The notes under the pieces were generated by a model that saw only the letters and a list, made by a program, of their open reading frames with translations, searched no databases and was not told where the DNA came from. A stretch of DNA of 60,910 nt, the filler included. It is 14 parts of 14 records of this genome, joined end to end, with 100 filler letters (N's around TTAATTAATTAA, not from the genome) between each part and the next. Parts side by side here need not be neighbours in the genome. Positions count along the whole stretch, not along the records: positions 35,248 to 38,759 come from SRR7504441_103668; positions 38,860 to 42,309 come from SRR7504441_103708; positions 42,410 to 46,967 come from SRR7504441_103740; positions 47,068 to 50,417 come from SRR7504441_103755; 10 more parts are not named here. One strand, written 5' to 3'. Shown piece by piece: positions 35,148 through 47,150 of this stretch. The position numbers and the translations under genes are program-made. Numbering within the stretch: position 1 is the stretch's first letter; each line of letters starts with the position of its first letter.

Positions 35148-35371
35148 NNNNNNNNNNNNNNNNNNNNNNNNNNNNNNNNNNNNNNNNNNNNTTAATTAAT
35201 TAANNNNNNNNNNNNNNNNNNNNNNNNNNNNNNNNNNNNNNNNNNNNACTTTTAGTCCGAGCTCCTAGTTTAGTCTTTGAAATTAAACTAACGGTTTTTC
35301 TCAAAAGTCCGGCGCATGCACCTGTGGCCGTTTGTCCGTTGTGATCTTCGGACCCACAGCTCTATATAAAG

Positions 35372-38300
35372 ATGGGCGAGCCTGTCGTCGAGGCTGCCGT
35401 CGAGGAGGAGCCGACGGTGGCTCCCGAGGAGGCAGGGCCTGTCGAGGAGGCGCCGGTGCCCATGCTGCAGCCGCTGCCCCAGTCGAACAACACGGCTGGG
35501 CTCGTGTTCTGCTGGGGCGCCGAGCAACCGGCCCCTGCGATCCGGGAGGAGCTCACTGGCCTGGTGTTCTGCCAGTTGTCCGGCCGGTACCAGGACAGCA
35601 CCGCGCTGGCCGGCGGCCAGGTGTTCGAGTTCGACACCACCGGGTTCGCTGACCTCATTCGCGAGGCTGACGGAGTGTGTCGGCTGGCCTATGGCGACGG
35701 ACACCTGCTGGCACTCACCGAGGCCGGGACGCTGTACTGCGCCGGCGGCAACCAGCACGGGCAGCTCGGGACGGGGCATGCGCTCCGGAAGCCGTCCTCC
35801 GCACTGGTCTGCCCGCCGGTGCTGCTCAAGCGGCGGGTGGTGGCGGTGGCCGCGGGCAAGGCGCACTCTGCGGCTATCACCGACACTGCTGATATGTACA
35901 CCTGGGGAGCAGGATTCAACGGTCAGCTGGGGCACGGGCACGTCGACCAGCTGTCCACCACCCCGCGCTTTGTAAAGTACGCCCCCAGACCTGCTCCTCG
36001 TTGACCGGCCGGGCTGCAGGTACTTTGCAAAGCGCGGCCCGGTCACTGCGCTGGCCTGTGGCGACTTGAACACGGCTGCCGTCACGCCTGACGGGCTTTA
36101 CACCTGGGGCGACGGCACCTCTGGCCAGCTCGGGCACGGCAGCAAAAGCACCGCGGCGTTCGTGCCAGCGCGTGTGGCTGGCGGTGTGCTCGAGCATGTG
36201 CGGTGCGGCCTGCGCTGGCTGGAGAGCCGAGCGCGGGCAGGTCTGTGAGCATCGGGGCGACGCACATGCTGGCAGCCGATTCGGCCGGGAAGGTCTGGAG
36301 CTGGGGGCTGAACAACTGCATGCAGCTGGGCCACTCGGGCCAGACCAAATACGTCGCAGCCCCGACTTGCGTGGAGCTGCCAGAGGACAGCGGAGCGGTC
36401 AGGCAAGTCACGGCGGTGAGTCGGGTCACCGGTGGGGGCTTGAGCTCTCTGCAGGCGCCGCACAGTTCCTTCTGCGTGACTGAGGACGGGCGGGTGTACT
36501 CGTGGGGGAGCAACCTTAAACAACTGCTCGGGACTCAAGACTCGGCAAGCTGCTCGCGGCCTCAGCAGGTCGGAGCGCTCGATGGGTGAGGCGGCAGCTA
36601 GGCGGCTGGCTGAGTGCGGGACACAGCTACCATGTGGAACAGCTCATCTGCTCAAGGCAGTGCACGGTTGCATTCGTGCCGCGTGCAATCACTGAGGTGC
36701 TCACCCGGGCGGCGCGAGGTCAGTTCGGGTGCAGGTGGAGCCCAACTCGGCCGCTGTGGCCGGGGGCACCAAACTTGTGCTCAGGGGACATGCACTGCCG
36801 CCAACCGAGACACCGGGCTGTGAGGTGCGCTTCACGACTGCAGATGGCGAGCAGCAAGTGGCGTCTGGGTCGTACTCGGCCGAGTCGCGAGAGATTGTGG
36901 TGACTACCCCAGGCTTCAGCTGCGCGGGCAAGGCGGCGATCTCTGTCCGATTCGATGACTCGCCCTGGTGCATCGAGCTTGCTTCGTCCGCTGTGCTGGT
37001 GACTGAGCCAACTGCGTGGCTCTCGCTGTCGTGCCTGCTCGGGCCAGCCACAGGCGGCACCGCACTCACTGTGACGGCTGAATCGATCATCGACTCCAAG
37101 TTTGCGACTGCCCGAGTCCGGCCGTTTGAGGTTCGCGGCCGGGCTGGACCGAGTGTGAGCACTGGCGCAGGTGCCTCCAATCCCAGTCAGTCAGCTCAAG
37201 CTCGACCCGACTAACAACAGACTCGAGTGTACAATGCCTGCCACTGTGGTCGGGCCTGCGAGCCTGGAGGTTGCATTCAATGGGTGCGACTACGAGCCTG
37301 TGAACTTTGAGTACAGCTACTACAAGACACCCGAGCTCACAGGGTTTGAGCCCAAAGTCATCCCTCACCAGCTGGCTTGCGAGCTCAAAATCAGCGGCAC
37401 TGGACTCTTTAGCCCAGAACCCAAGACTCTGCTTCAAGTTCGGTGCTGCCTCCTCCCGGGGCCTTGCACTCATTGGCTGTTGCTGGCAGTATGCGCAGCG
37501 TAGTAGACGACAGTGTAGTTTTGGTCCCGGCTATCCGGCAAGTGGTCGGGGCGGTATCATCAGTGGTCTGTCAATTGGAGCCATGGGAGGCGGGTGGCGA
37601 GCGGATCGTCGAGGTCAGCTTCAACGGGCAAGATTTCCACCCAGCACCTGGCCGATTCACCGTGTACGAGCCAATGACCAAAATCCGAATGAGCCCAAGC
37701 TCTGGACCAGTGGCTGGGGGCACACGCGTTCGGCTTACTGCCGAGTCCAACTTGGTGCCATTTGAGGCTCTCAGCGTGAGAGTCAACTCGGCCAGCAAAC
37801 GTGTAGACTGCAAAGCTGAGTCTGTTGGCGACGGTGCCATCGAATGGCTGATGCCTGTATGGCAAGACCCGCCCAAGGTGTCGCAGCAACTTAGTCGGTG
37901 TGAGCTGTGCTGTGCAGGTACTGGATCCGGATGCAGAGCCAGAGGAGCCTACCGAACCAGTCGAGCCGCTGGCTGTGGAGCCAGTTGAGGTAGGCGTGGC
38001 CATCAATGGCGCAAACTACCAGCCCACATTCCTGCCTTTCAGCTACTACCTGCCTCACGCAATGACTGCCGTGTATCCGTCCCAGGCTGAATTGGGAGGC
38101 GAGCAGCCTACCACAGTAAGAATAGACCCGGGTGAAGAGATGTGTCACGTGGGTGAGACAATGAAGGCGATGCTCCGCTGGCCTGGGAAGGAAGCGGTTG
38201 AGGAGGGCGACGAGGAGGTGCCAGAAGTGAGCCTTGAGTTTGATATGGCGCTGCAAGAGCCGGTAGAGGAGGAGGAGGACGCTGGGGCAAAGAAGGGCAA

Positions 38301-38445
38301 GGACGATCCCCCGAAGAAACCGCTACTGGCATTTGAAGTGCCTCCAGAGGTAGGGGGCAAGGAGGGCGAAGCAGAGGTACATGTGGCCCTCAATGGACAA
38401 CAATTTGTAGACACTGGGCTGAAAGTCCTATGGAAATTAGCATAG
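35372..38445 (+). CDS. RCC1-repeat plus multiple IPT/TIG-domain protein, multi-intron
   Basis: GGNQHGQLGTG, AAGKAHS, YTWGAGFNGQLGHG, WSWGLNNCMQLG; PSSGPVAGGTRVRL, VEVSFNGQDF, VALNGQQF. Confidence 0.85.
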
Positions 38446-38863
38446 CCTTCTATTAGCCTTCGCGTATCTTTGCGGCCTATCTTGACGGTCTGTAACCTCT
38501 GTGTCGTCTGTGTGAGAAGTATGTGAGAAGATGCAATAACTTTTTGTAATTGGTCTCAAGCTCAGCAGTAAGGAGCACGTTTTAGGAGATCGAGAATCGT
38601 GCAATATCTTAATTTATTAAATTTCATCAATTCTTACCTCATGAACTAGTCATGAACATAATTACATGTACATGTACATGTCTCCAATGAACCTTTCTCC
38701 CGCCGTTGTAAAACCTAGTTGTAACCGTTGTTGCACACGCCAAAGCGCATGCACCACACNNNNNNNNNNNNNNNNNNNNNNNNNNNNNNNNNNNNNNNNN
38801 NNNTTAATTAATTAANNNNNNNNNNNNNNNNNNNNNNNNNNNNNNNNNNNNNNNNNNNNGGTC

Positions 38864-40726
38864 ATGTCTCGGGTTCTGGCGGCGCTGTTGCTGGCTGGGA
38901 CCGGCTGGGCTGGGCGGCCGCACGTGATCATGATGCTGGCCGACGACTGGGGCTCCTACGATGCCTCGCACCGGATCGCGGCCCTCGGACGAACCCCCGA
39001 TGTGCAAACGCCGAACGTGGACCGGCTCACCCGACAGGGCCGCCGGCTAGATAACTACTACGTCCAGCCAATCTGCTCGCCAACCCGCGCCAGCCTGCTA
39101 TCGGGCCGCTACTCGATTCACACCGGGGCCGAGCACCGACTATGGGGGGCTGCCGAGGCGCCCGAGCCACTCGGGGGGTGCTGACGGGCTGGGCCAGCCG
39201 TCCTGCCTGCCGCTGGAGCTGCCGCTGATGCCGCGGGCGTTCAAGGCGCTGGGCTATCAGACCCACATGGTGGGCAAGTGGCATCTTGGATATGTGAACC
39301 AGTCGTGCTGTCCCTGGGCCAGAGGCTTTGACAGCTACCTCGGGTGCGCCTGCCTGCCCTGCCGCTCTGAGCAGCCTGAGTAGGTATCTGAACGGTGTGG
39401 AGGGCTACGTGCGGCACGGGATGGGTAGGTGACTAGTGCGTTAATACAGGCTATAATAATAGCAATAATCTGGGGTTGCAGTTACCTTGACTTCCACCAG
39501 TGCAAGGCCGGTGGAGATTGTGACGGGTGCGCGCGCCAGTATGAGGGCCAGTACTCTACCGAGCTCTACACGGGGCGGGCTGTGCAGCTTGTCTCGGACT
39601 GGCGGGAAGGCGACCAGCCGCTGTTCATCTACCTCGCCTGGCAGGCTGTTCATGAGCCTATGGAAGTCCCCGAGCGGTACACGGACCGGTTCGGGTCGAT
39701 TGCAGACCCATCGCGACGGATCTACGCGGGGATGTTGGCCGCACTTGATGAGGGTATAGGCAATATCAGCCAGGCGGTGCAATCGGCGGGACTCGCCAAC
39801 GACACTGTGCTTGTTCTATCAAACGACAACGGTCGGTCTACCGTGCCGCCAGTTGCTGATTGTGGGACGCAGGCGGGATGTCGGGGTCCTACGGGCTCGG
39901 CTGCTGCAACTGCGGTACCAGCTGTGGCGGGCTTAACTATCCGTACCGTGGGTGGAAGGCAAGCCCGGCTGGTTGGCGGTCAGGGTGAGGTTAGGGCCAG
40001 GATTCCTTCTATGAAGGTGGCTTCCGGGGGATAGGCTTTGTCTGGGCCCCGGGCCGGCTGGTGCGCCCGGGGGCCCCGTACCTGCCGCTGCTGCATGTCA
40101 GCGACTGGTATGCCACCCTGCTCTCTGCAGCGCTGTCCAGCGATACTCCGGCGGAGCATGCCGCAGCAGAGCGTGCCCTGGACCCGTTGATCCGTGATGG
40201 GCCGCTTGACTCTGTCGATCAATGGTCGGCGATCAGTCAAGCAGTCGGTTTTGATGCCGGCCCGCGCTCGGAGATTGTGCTGGCCGGTATCGATTCAGAT
40301 AAGTCTGGGGCGGCGATTCGGGTCGGGGAGCTTAAGCTGTTGCTCGGTGGGTGGGGTGCCGACACCTGGTGCGACCTGAACACCACCGGACTGTCGCCTA
40401 TCGCTCCGGCGCCTGTCGACCCGAACCCCAAGTATCACGGGCCTGGCGGGGCTGGTGGGGTGGTGTGCACTAGGTTGGACGGCCGGGCGCGCATGCCCAG
40501 CGATCAGAGCGGCCCGTGGTGGGATGTTGTTGAGGGGCTGTACAATGTGAGTCGAGACCCTCGCGAGCTGCACGACCTGCAACATCAGCTGCCGCAAGCC
40601 GTTGCGCAGCTCAAGGCTCGGCTGATTGCGCTCAATCGCAGCACTGCCGCCAGCGCTCACAAGCCTGAGGACCCGGCAGGAACTGCACATGCTAATAAGA
40701 CCGATTGCTGGAGTCCATGGCGTTGA
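38864..40726 (+). CDS. Secreted arylsulfatase B-like sulfatase; about 5 introns, two of them GC-AG
   Basis: PHVIMMLADDWG, CSPTRASLLSGR, GKWHLG, QAVHEP, SNDNG, NYPYRGWKDSFYEGG, HVSDW, LYNVSRDPRE. Confidence 0.92.
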
Positions 40727-40977
40727 AGTCTGACATAGTCTGAGATCAGATAATGCGCCTCGTTTGAACACGTCCGAGCTTAAGCCAAGTATTTAATAAC
40801 TAGCTCACAACTAGCATGAGCTACGAGTAGTCGTGAATCGACGCAGGTTTCATTACATGCAGGGTTCAATTCCATTACAGTACAATCATGCATGTTAGTT
40901 CCATTCTCATTCGCAACTTTAACTATACTGATTATTTTCTATGAAATGCGGCGTTAACACACAATACTCATTATTTG

Positions 40978-41678
40978 TTATATATCGATATCTTCGGAAT
41001 GTACACTTGCTTGCTGATTCTGGTTGGCCTCGGTGTATTCGGTCATTCGGGCCTCAAACCACGCATCAAACCGCTCAAACGACCAGCCGTCCGCCTTTAG
41101 TGCCTCGTCGTCCATCTGGTCTAGTCCCTCGAGGATGGCCGCGCACGCCTTGGAGGTATATTTGCTCGGGTCCACCTTGCGCAGCGTGTAAGTGATGTTG
41201 GTCACCAGCTGTTTCATTTCATCCAGAGAGTTGATTGTCCCGCTGTAGTCGAAATCGTACCGATCGAACAGCTCCCGCTTCTTGCGAGACTTGGGGGTCA
41301 GGACGCTCTCGGCGTCGGTTGGCGTCAGCTCCTCCTGCCGCGCCTCCTCCACCCCGCCCACCTCGATGTGCGCGCCCTGCCCCCGGGCTCAGCCCGACCA
41401 GCCGACGGGCGCACCGAGTAGAGCGCTGTTTTACTGAGGACGTTTTCAGGCCTGAGTAGCTGCCGGAGACCGCAGCCGTTCGCCGCCACCATCCTGAGCT
41501 CTAGCAGCTCTGGGTGGTGCACACCGAGCAACTGCCCGATCTCCCGCTGCAGGTCGGCAACGCTGGCATCTACGCTGATACTTAGCAGGTCCGGCTCCAC
41601 CGCGGGCTCGGTGATCCGAAGTTGGAACATCCCCGGACCGGCATGCTCAGGCTCCTGGCTCGACGGCTCGTTGCCCAT
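40978..41678 (-). CDS. Putatively N-myristoylated ubiquitin-like plus EF-hand protein; one intron
   Basis: MGNEPS start; DASVADLQREIGQLLG (ubiquitin-like fold, weak); FDRYDFDYSGTINSLDEMKQL. Confidence 0.6.
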
Positions 41679-41794
41679 ACGTGCTGCTCACCGCGCCAAC
41701 GCCAACGGCAAGATCGCTCAAGGCGACACAGGCAGACACCCCACACTGTGCGACGGGTGGTTCCGGGGCGCGCCGGTGAGCGGGCCGTGGGGTG

Positions 41795-42309
41795 ATGGAC
41801 CCCCGGCCGAGCACGCCGTGCGATCCGTGGAGCTGCTCGGTGTGCACCTTCAGCAACCATGGCTCGCTCAGCTACTGCGAGATGTGCGGCCAGCCGCGGC
41901 TGGCAGCTGAACCGGCCGAGCTGGCCACCCCGCCTGGCTCGCCAGAGCAAGGCTGCGAGTTCACCACCCCCCGAGCAGCGCCGCCCGGTCCCAAGGAAGC
42001 ACCGGCGCCCGCGTTGGAGGAGCTCCTGGTGCGTGAGGACCCGGCGCCGCTGGAGCCACCGCTGGGGAGCGAGTTCCTAGGAGAGTGGCGGTGTGTGGAG
42101 ACCACCGGGCTGGAGGAGTACCTCAAGGCGATGGGGGTAGGCTTCCTCAAGCGCAAGATGGCCCTGGCGTTCAAACCCAAGGTGATCTGGAGCCTGACCG
42201 ACCAGGGCGCCCTCCGGAGCACCGCACCGTCGCCGCTAGGCGAGCGGGTGGAGGAGCACAGCCCGGGGCAGGAGGTGGAGGACAAGGACCCGAACGGCAA
42301 GAAGTGGCG
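41795..42309 (+). CDS. RanBP2/NZF zinc finger fused to FABP-like lipid-binding domain; 3' truncated
   Basis: WSCSVCTFSNHGSLSYCEMCGQPR; FLGEWRCVETTGLEEYLKAMGVGFLKRKMA. Confidence 0.75.
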
Positions 42310-42734
42310 NNNNNNNNNNNNNNNNNNNNNNNNNNNNNNNNNNNNNNNNNNNNTTAATTAATTAANNNNNNNNNNNNNNNNNNNNNNNNNNNNNNNNNNN
42401 NNNNNNNNNCGACTCAGCGAGAGGAACAAGCCTGCGTGGCTCTGATAACAGCACTGGTCCCGGCGCAGTGCGAGTCCGATTGCATTTAATTAAAAGCGAT
42501 GACCAGTTGGACAATAAGTTATGTGGGCTCTACACGTATAAGGCTCCGACTTTCTTTAGAATAAAAGTAGCCATATACATGTATGAGTCTAAGTACAGTG
42601 GGACATCTACTGTATAAAGCAGTTGGTAGCAATTGGCTTTATACGCATTATTGCTTAGTCGGCGAAATCTTGTGTGCCGAGATAACGGACGCCGGAGATA
42701 GCCGGAGACTCACATGATTGTGTGTGTCTCATGA

Positions 42735-44243
42735 TCAAGTCGAGAATCCTAAAGTGAACACCATTGCGCTCTGCATGTCAACCTCCAACTGAACCTTCTT
42801 ACCAACCAACGCCGCAAAGTCCTTGCCACCAAAGTCGACTGCGCCATCGGTGACATCTGCAGTGATGGGCTGGGCGTCTTCCACTCCGATTCCGGGCACT
42901 CCGACGGCCCCGACCTTCACAGAGCCACCTTGTTTGATGATGTCCACTGTCACAGTGAGTCTGGCCCCAGTCACCAGCAGCGGCTGGGTGGTCCAGCGGC
43001 CGGTCCCGCGCAGTCCCCCAAACCCGTCCGGCCGGAGCACCGCCAGCCCGATTGATGTGTTCCTCGGTCCGTTGTGGGGACCGTTGCCACCCGCATAGTA
43101 CACTCGAACCTTGCCATCCGATGGATCCAGGAACGGGCTGTGAGCTGGGAAGACGATATGCGAGTCGAACGCAGACGGCTCGCCCAGCGGGATGAACGGA
43201 GTGCCGGTAAGCCCACCGGCGAGCCAGTTCCAAGGCCCGAGCGAAGAGTTGGCCCAGGAGAGCCGCGTGTGGATTGTACCGATGGAGCTCGGGTCTTTGG
43301 TGTCGAACACGGCCACCAGACCGAGCCAGGCATTGTAGAACGGGAATGTGACCTGAGCGTACAGCTGGTGGGCATCGGTACCGTCCTCGACCTCCTTTGG
43401 GGCCCGAGTGGTGTCCACCCCTCCCCAGGCCCCGCCCTCTGGCCCTCGCGCGATCCCGATTGTACGCCCGGGTGCCTTAGAGAAACCGTCGCGGGTGGTG
43501 TACACCAAGGTGCCGTCCACAGGGTCCCGTACAATATTCTGGTGGCAATCGTACCGCTGAGGGGCCGGCCACCTGACTGCAGTAAACTCAGCAAAGTGTA
43601 TCCCATCCGCTGACACAGCGGTGCCACTCACGCAACCGCCCCCTGCGCTGGCCGCAGGCACGCCCTGCAGGTCACGCTGATCGACCAACGCGCCAGCCCC
43701 GTCAGGGCACATCGTACCGAACGCCTTGAACGCCCTGCTCTTGTTGGGCTCGGCCTTGTCCCAGAAAATCCCGGTGCCATCGCCCCCGAGCAGCAGATTG
43801 TTGGCCCGACCGACCGCCTTGGCTGCGGGGCTGCACTGCGCAATCTGCGCGAGATCGACCAGACCCAGTGCCGGCTTGTCCCACGTGATGCCGTCCGACG
43901 AGTTGGCGTAGTGCCAAGCATTCACCCGGTCGGCCCCCTGGCTCTTGTCGAAGTCGCGGCCGGCAATGAAACCGCCATACCACATCCGGTAGGCCCCGTG
44001 CGCCGAGCTCGGGTCCCACACCACATTCGGGTAGCTGTTGTCCAGCCGGGGCTCCCAGGGCCGGTCCTGGACGATTAAAGGGCTGCTCGGGTGCTTGGAC
44101 ACAGTGCCGATACTCGGCGCCACCGAGCCGCCCGTCACCGCCTCGAGCACGCTGAACGCGGCGTATTTGGTCGAATCTGCCGTGTTGACGAACCCGTCCT
44201 GCCCAAGCGCCAGCTGCACCAGCTGCACCAGCAGGACAAGCAT
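42735..44243 (-). CDS. Secreted five-bladed beta-propeller glycosidase-like protein, intronless
   Basis: Signal peptide; KHPSSPLIVQDRPWE, YANSSDGITWDKP, SADGIHF, FIPLGEPSAFDS, IGLAVLRPDGF. Confidence 0.7.
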   Translation of the reverse strand: MLVLLVQLVQLALGQDGFVNTADSTKYAAFSVLEAVTGGSVAPSIGTVSKHPSSPLIVQDRPWEPRLDNSYPNVVWDPSSAHGAYRMWYGGFIAGRDFDKSQGADRVNAWHYANSSDGITWDKPALGLVDLAQIAQCSPAAKAVGRANNLLLGGDGTGIFWDKAEPNKSRAFKAFGTMCPDGAGALVDQRDLQGVPAASAGGGCVSGTAVSADGIHFAEFTAVRWPAPQRYDCHQNIVRDPVDGTLVYTTRDGFSKAPGRTIGIARGPEGGAWGGVDTTRAPKEVEDGTDAHQLYAQVTFPFYNAWLGLVAVFDTKDPSSIGTIHTRLSWANSSLGPWNWLAGGLTGTPFIPLGEPSAFDSHIVFPAHSPFLDPSDGKVRVYYAGGNGPHNGPRNTSIGLAVLRPDGFGGLRGTGRWTTQPLLVTGARLTVTVDIIKQGGSVKVGAVGVPGIGVEDAQPITADVTDGAVDFGGKDFAALVGKKVQLEVDMQSAMVFTLGFST

Positions 44244-44302
44244 CACGGATTCATCCCGCTAACGGCTTTTGCGGTCTGAGGCGTGGCCGGGCTCAGATAC
44301 AG

Positions 44303-45597
44303 ATGGCCGGGTGGGGCCCGGAGGCCGGCCGCCAGCTGGCTCGGAGCGCCGGAATCGAGGAGGCGCTAGCAGAGGATCGACCGCTGCTCTGCGTCACGCT
44401 GTGCCTGCCGGGGCAGCTGGAGCACCTGCGCACCGCCCAGTGCTGCCTGGCGGGGCCTGCCCGCTCAGCCCGGGACAGCGAGGAGCGAGTGGCGGTGGCG
44501 CGGGTGCGCGTGTCGGACGGGCTGATCCCCGAGATCGAGGCGCGCCCAGCCCCGCCGGCCGAGCGAGCTCGGGTGGCCAGCTGACCGGCTGGAGGACGCA
44601 CGCGGCGCGGCTGGCCGAGCTCAAGATGGGCCAGCTACTTCTGATCAGCCACCTCAGGCGGAGCGAGTGGCGCGGGGTGGCCCGGCTGTCCACCAGCTAC
44701 CGGTGCCCCCCCGTCCCCACCCGGCCCCAGCCGCCACCCTCAGGACCGAGCTCCGGCTGCTGTGCTCTGTGGCTAACCCGCCGGTCAGCCCGCCGGCCAA
44801 GCTGGCAGCGCTGCTCGACTGGGCTGACCGGGCGGCGCCGCACCTGCGCGACCAGGCACTGGCCTCGCAGAGCTGCACTCCGTCGGTGGTGGCCGCGGCG
44901 CCGAGCTCCGTTGGCAGCATAGAGCAGCTTCTGCAAGTGGATGCGAGCTGCACAGTGGCAAGGCCCGGCCGCCCTGCAGAGCCCGGGGGAAGGTGCAGCT
45001 GGAGCGGGCCGCCGTGGCCCAGCTGGGGCCGCCGGAGGTGTACACCGGCTGCTGCTGCTGCCAGGCGCCGGCCCGAGCTCGGTTTTGGCTCTCATTCCTT
45101 GCGCCAGGCAGAGTTGTCGAGGGACAATCAGCAGATCTGGCGATGCGCCAACGGCTGCCCTCCGCCGGCGGTGGAGCAGGTCGGCTGCGCTGCCGCGCTG
45201 CGCCGAAGGGTGGGGTAGGCCGGGTTGCTTGGCATGCAGCAGTACTACAGGAAGGGGCTTATGCAGCTGGAACAACCGTCTGGCCCCGTGGCCTTGCTAG
45301 GCTGAATGCGGCGACAGGGACGGCCCGTCGGTGCAAGTGGACATTGACAACGAGGGGCTGCAGCAGCTTTACTCAAATATACCGGCCGAGTTGTTCGTAG
45401 CAAACGATCGCGCGAGGCAGCACGTGACGCAGCTTCACGAGCAGCTGCTGCACTCGCCCGCGGAGGGCCAGGTGGACGGCCCAGCGGCTGGCCTGACCGG
45501 GCTGCAGCTCGGGTTTGTGCTGCGCGTGTGTGTGGAGAGGGACGAGCATGGCTTGGTGAGCAGCCGCAGGTTCCAGTTCGTCGACGCGGTTTTATGA
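44303..45597 (+). CDS. Uncharacterised multi-exon protein
   Basis: Successive GC-rich coding-like ORFs (44303, 44667, 45331) separated by intron-like segments; exon model not resolved. Confidence 0.45.
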
Positions 45598-45679
45598 CAA
45601 AACTCCGCAGTAAAAGGCCACACGTAAACACGTATATGTTATGTTAGATCTAGTATAGACGGCGCTATACACGCAGACC

Positions 45680-45985
45680 CTATCCAGCGTCGTTCACTCC
45701 GGCCTTCCCTGCAGGCGGCGTGTGCCCCGCCGGCTTCCCCTCGAACAGCTCGACCTTCTCCCCAGCGCGCCAGCGACGCAGGAACTCGGCCCCGCGGTCC
45801 TGCTGCCCGTCCACCCGGCTGCCGTCCTCGTTCAGCTCCGGTATCCGGGTGTCCGGCTGGAGCACAGCGTGCGCCGCGGTGGACCCGGCTAGCATCGAGC
45901 CGAGCACGCAGCCTAGCTGGACCACATAACGCTCGCTCAACGGGGTCGACAACGGCGCAACGTTCTTCGGCGCCCGCCGCGACAT
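45680..45985 (-). CDS. Brawnin/UQCC6 (DUF4516)-like small mitochondrial membrane protein
   Basis: YVVQLGCVLGSMLAGSTAAHAVLQPDTRIPEL resembles the family pattern Y..M.AG..VH...PD..IP. Confidence 0.6.
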   Translation of the reverse strand: MSRRAPKNVAPLSTPLSERYVVQLGCVLGSMLAGSTAAHAVLQPDTRIPELNEDGSRVDGQQDRGAEFLRRWRAGEKVELFEGKPAGHTPPAGKAGVNDAG

Positions 45986-46083
45986 GCCCCGGCGCCCCGC
46001 GCGGAGCCAGCCCCCAGTCGCCCGCATGGCCTTGACCCGACCGTTACTGCCTAACGGAACTGAACGCCCGAGAACCGCCCGAG

Positions 46084-46752
46084 ATGCCCCAGCTCGGGGC
46101 GGAGCCCTGGGAGCACCCGGTGGTGGCCGCGCAGAGCTGGTTCCTCTGGTCCCAGCTAGCCCCGATGGTGGGTTACTACCTCGGGATGACTGAGCGGCCG
46201 ACCAAATTCCCGGCCACCATATCCCACACAATCCGCCGCGGCCCGACCAAGCTCATCCACCACGCGCTCTGGCTGCGCGGCTGGCAGCTGATGCTCCGAC
46301 ACGTCCGCCCAGGGCCGTACAAGTGGTTCTGCAGGCACATGCTCGCCACTGGGCTGGTGGCGGTGGTGCTCTGCCCGATCGGGCGAAACCGGGACACTGA
46401 CCGTGTTCATTTCGTCAGCGCCGGGCTCTATATGCTGGACCACATCGTGCTATTTCGGATGCTCCGCATCCGAAACCGGTACCTGGTGGCCTTTGCGCTC
46501 TCGTTTGCGCTGCTGGCGCTGGCGCTGTTCCGGAGGAAACGGATCGAGCGACGGGCGGGGCTGCCGTCTGAGGCGGACGTTGATAATCAAGTGCTCGAAG
46601 ACCTGCGGAAGCTGCGGCTGGACCGGTCCGAGCAGCAGTTGGTGTGGTGGCTAGACCTGGCAGTGATGGTATTCGAGAACGGGCTGTTCGCCGCGTTCAC
46701 TCTAGGGATGCAATCCGGGATCGTGGACGAGACCGGTTCGAGACTTCAATAA
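46084..46752 (+). CDS. Multi-pass membrane protein, possibly Frag1/DRAM/Sfk1-like
   Basis: Several TM segments; PATIS and HFVSAGLY motifs. Confidence 0.55.
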   Translation: MPQLGAEPWEHPVVAAQSWFLWSQLAPMVGYYLGMTERPTKFPATISHTIRRGPTKLIHHALWLRGWQLMLRHVRPGPYKWFCRHMLATGLVAVVLCPIGRNRDTDRVHFVSAGLYMLDHIVLFRMLRIRNRYLVAFALSFALLALALFRRKRIERRAGLPSEADVDNQVLEDLRKLRLDRSEQQLVWWLDLAVMVFENGLFAAFTLGMQSGIVDETGSRLQ

Positions 46753-47150
46753 CGTAAAATAACGGTGGGCAATAATCGGCAGCTAACCAATTAACGATTA
46801 AAGCACGAGAAGCTAATACGAGCTAAGTTCATTTAATAAGCGAACGGACCGAGTGCTTGATGTAGAGAATGTCTTTCAGTTGCAGAGTCCCCATCGCCTT
46901 CCCCCAATTCTTGACCTGTGCCCGGCTATTTGGCTTTTCCGGCGCCTTATCTGCTTCCGGGGGCGACNNNNNNNNNNNNNNNNNNNNNNNNNNNNNNNNN
47001 NNNNNNNNNNNTTAATTAATTAANNNNNNNNNNNNNNNNNNNNNNNNNNNNNNNNNNNNNNNNNNNNGCCTCATACTAGCCTCATACTGATCATGTCTCT
47101 TAATATGTCTCTAAAGACGTTCTCGTATGGAGTATCCATGGGCGTTTGCA

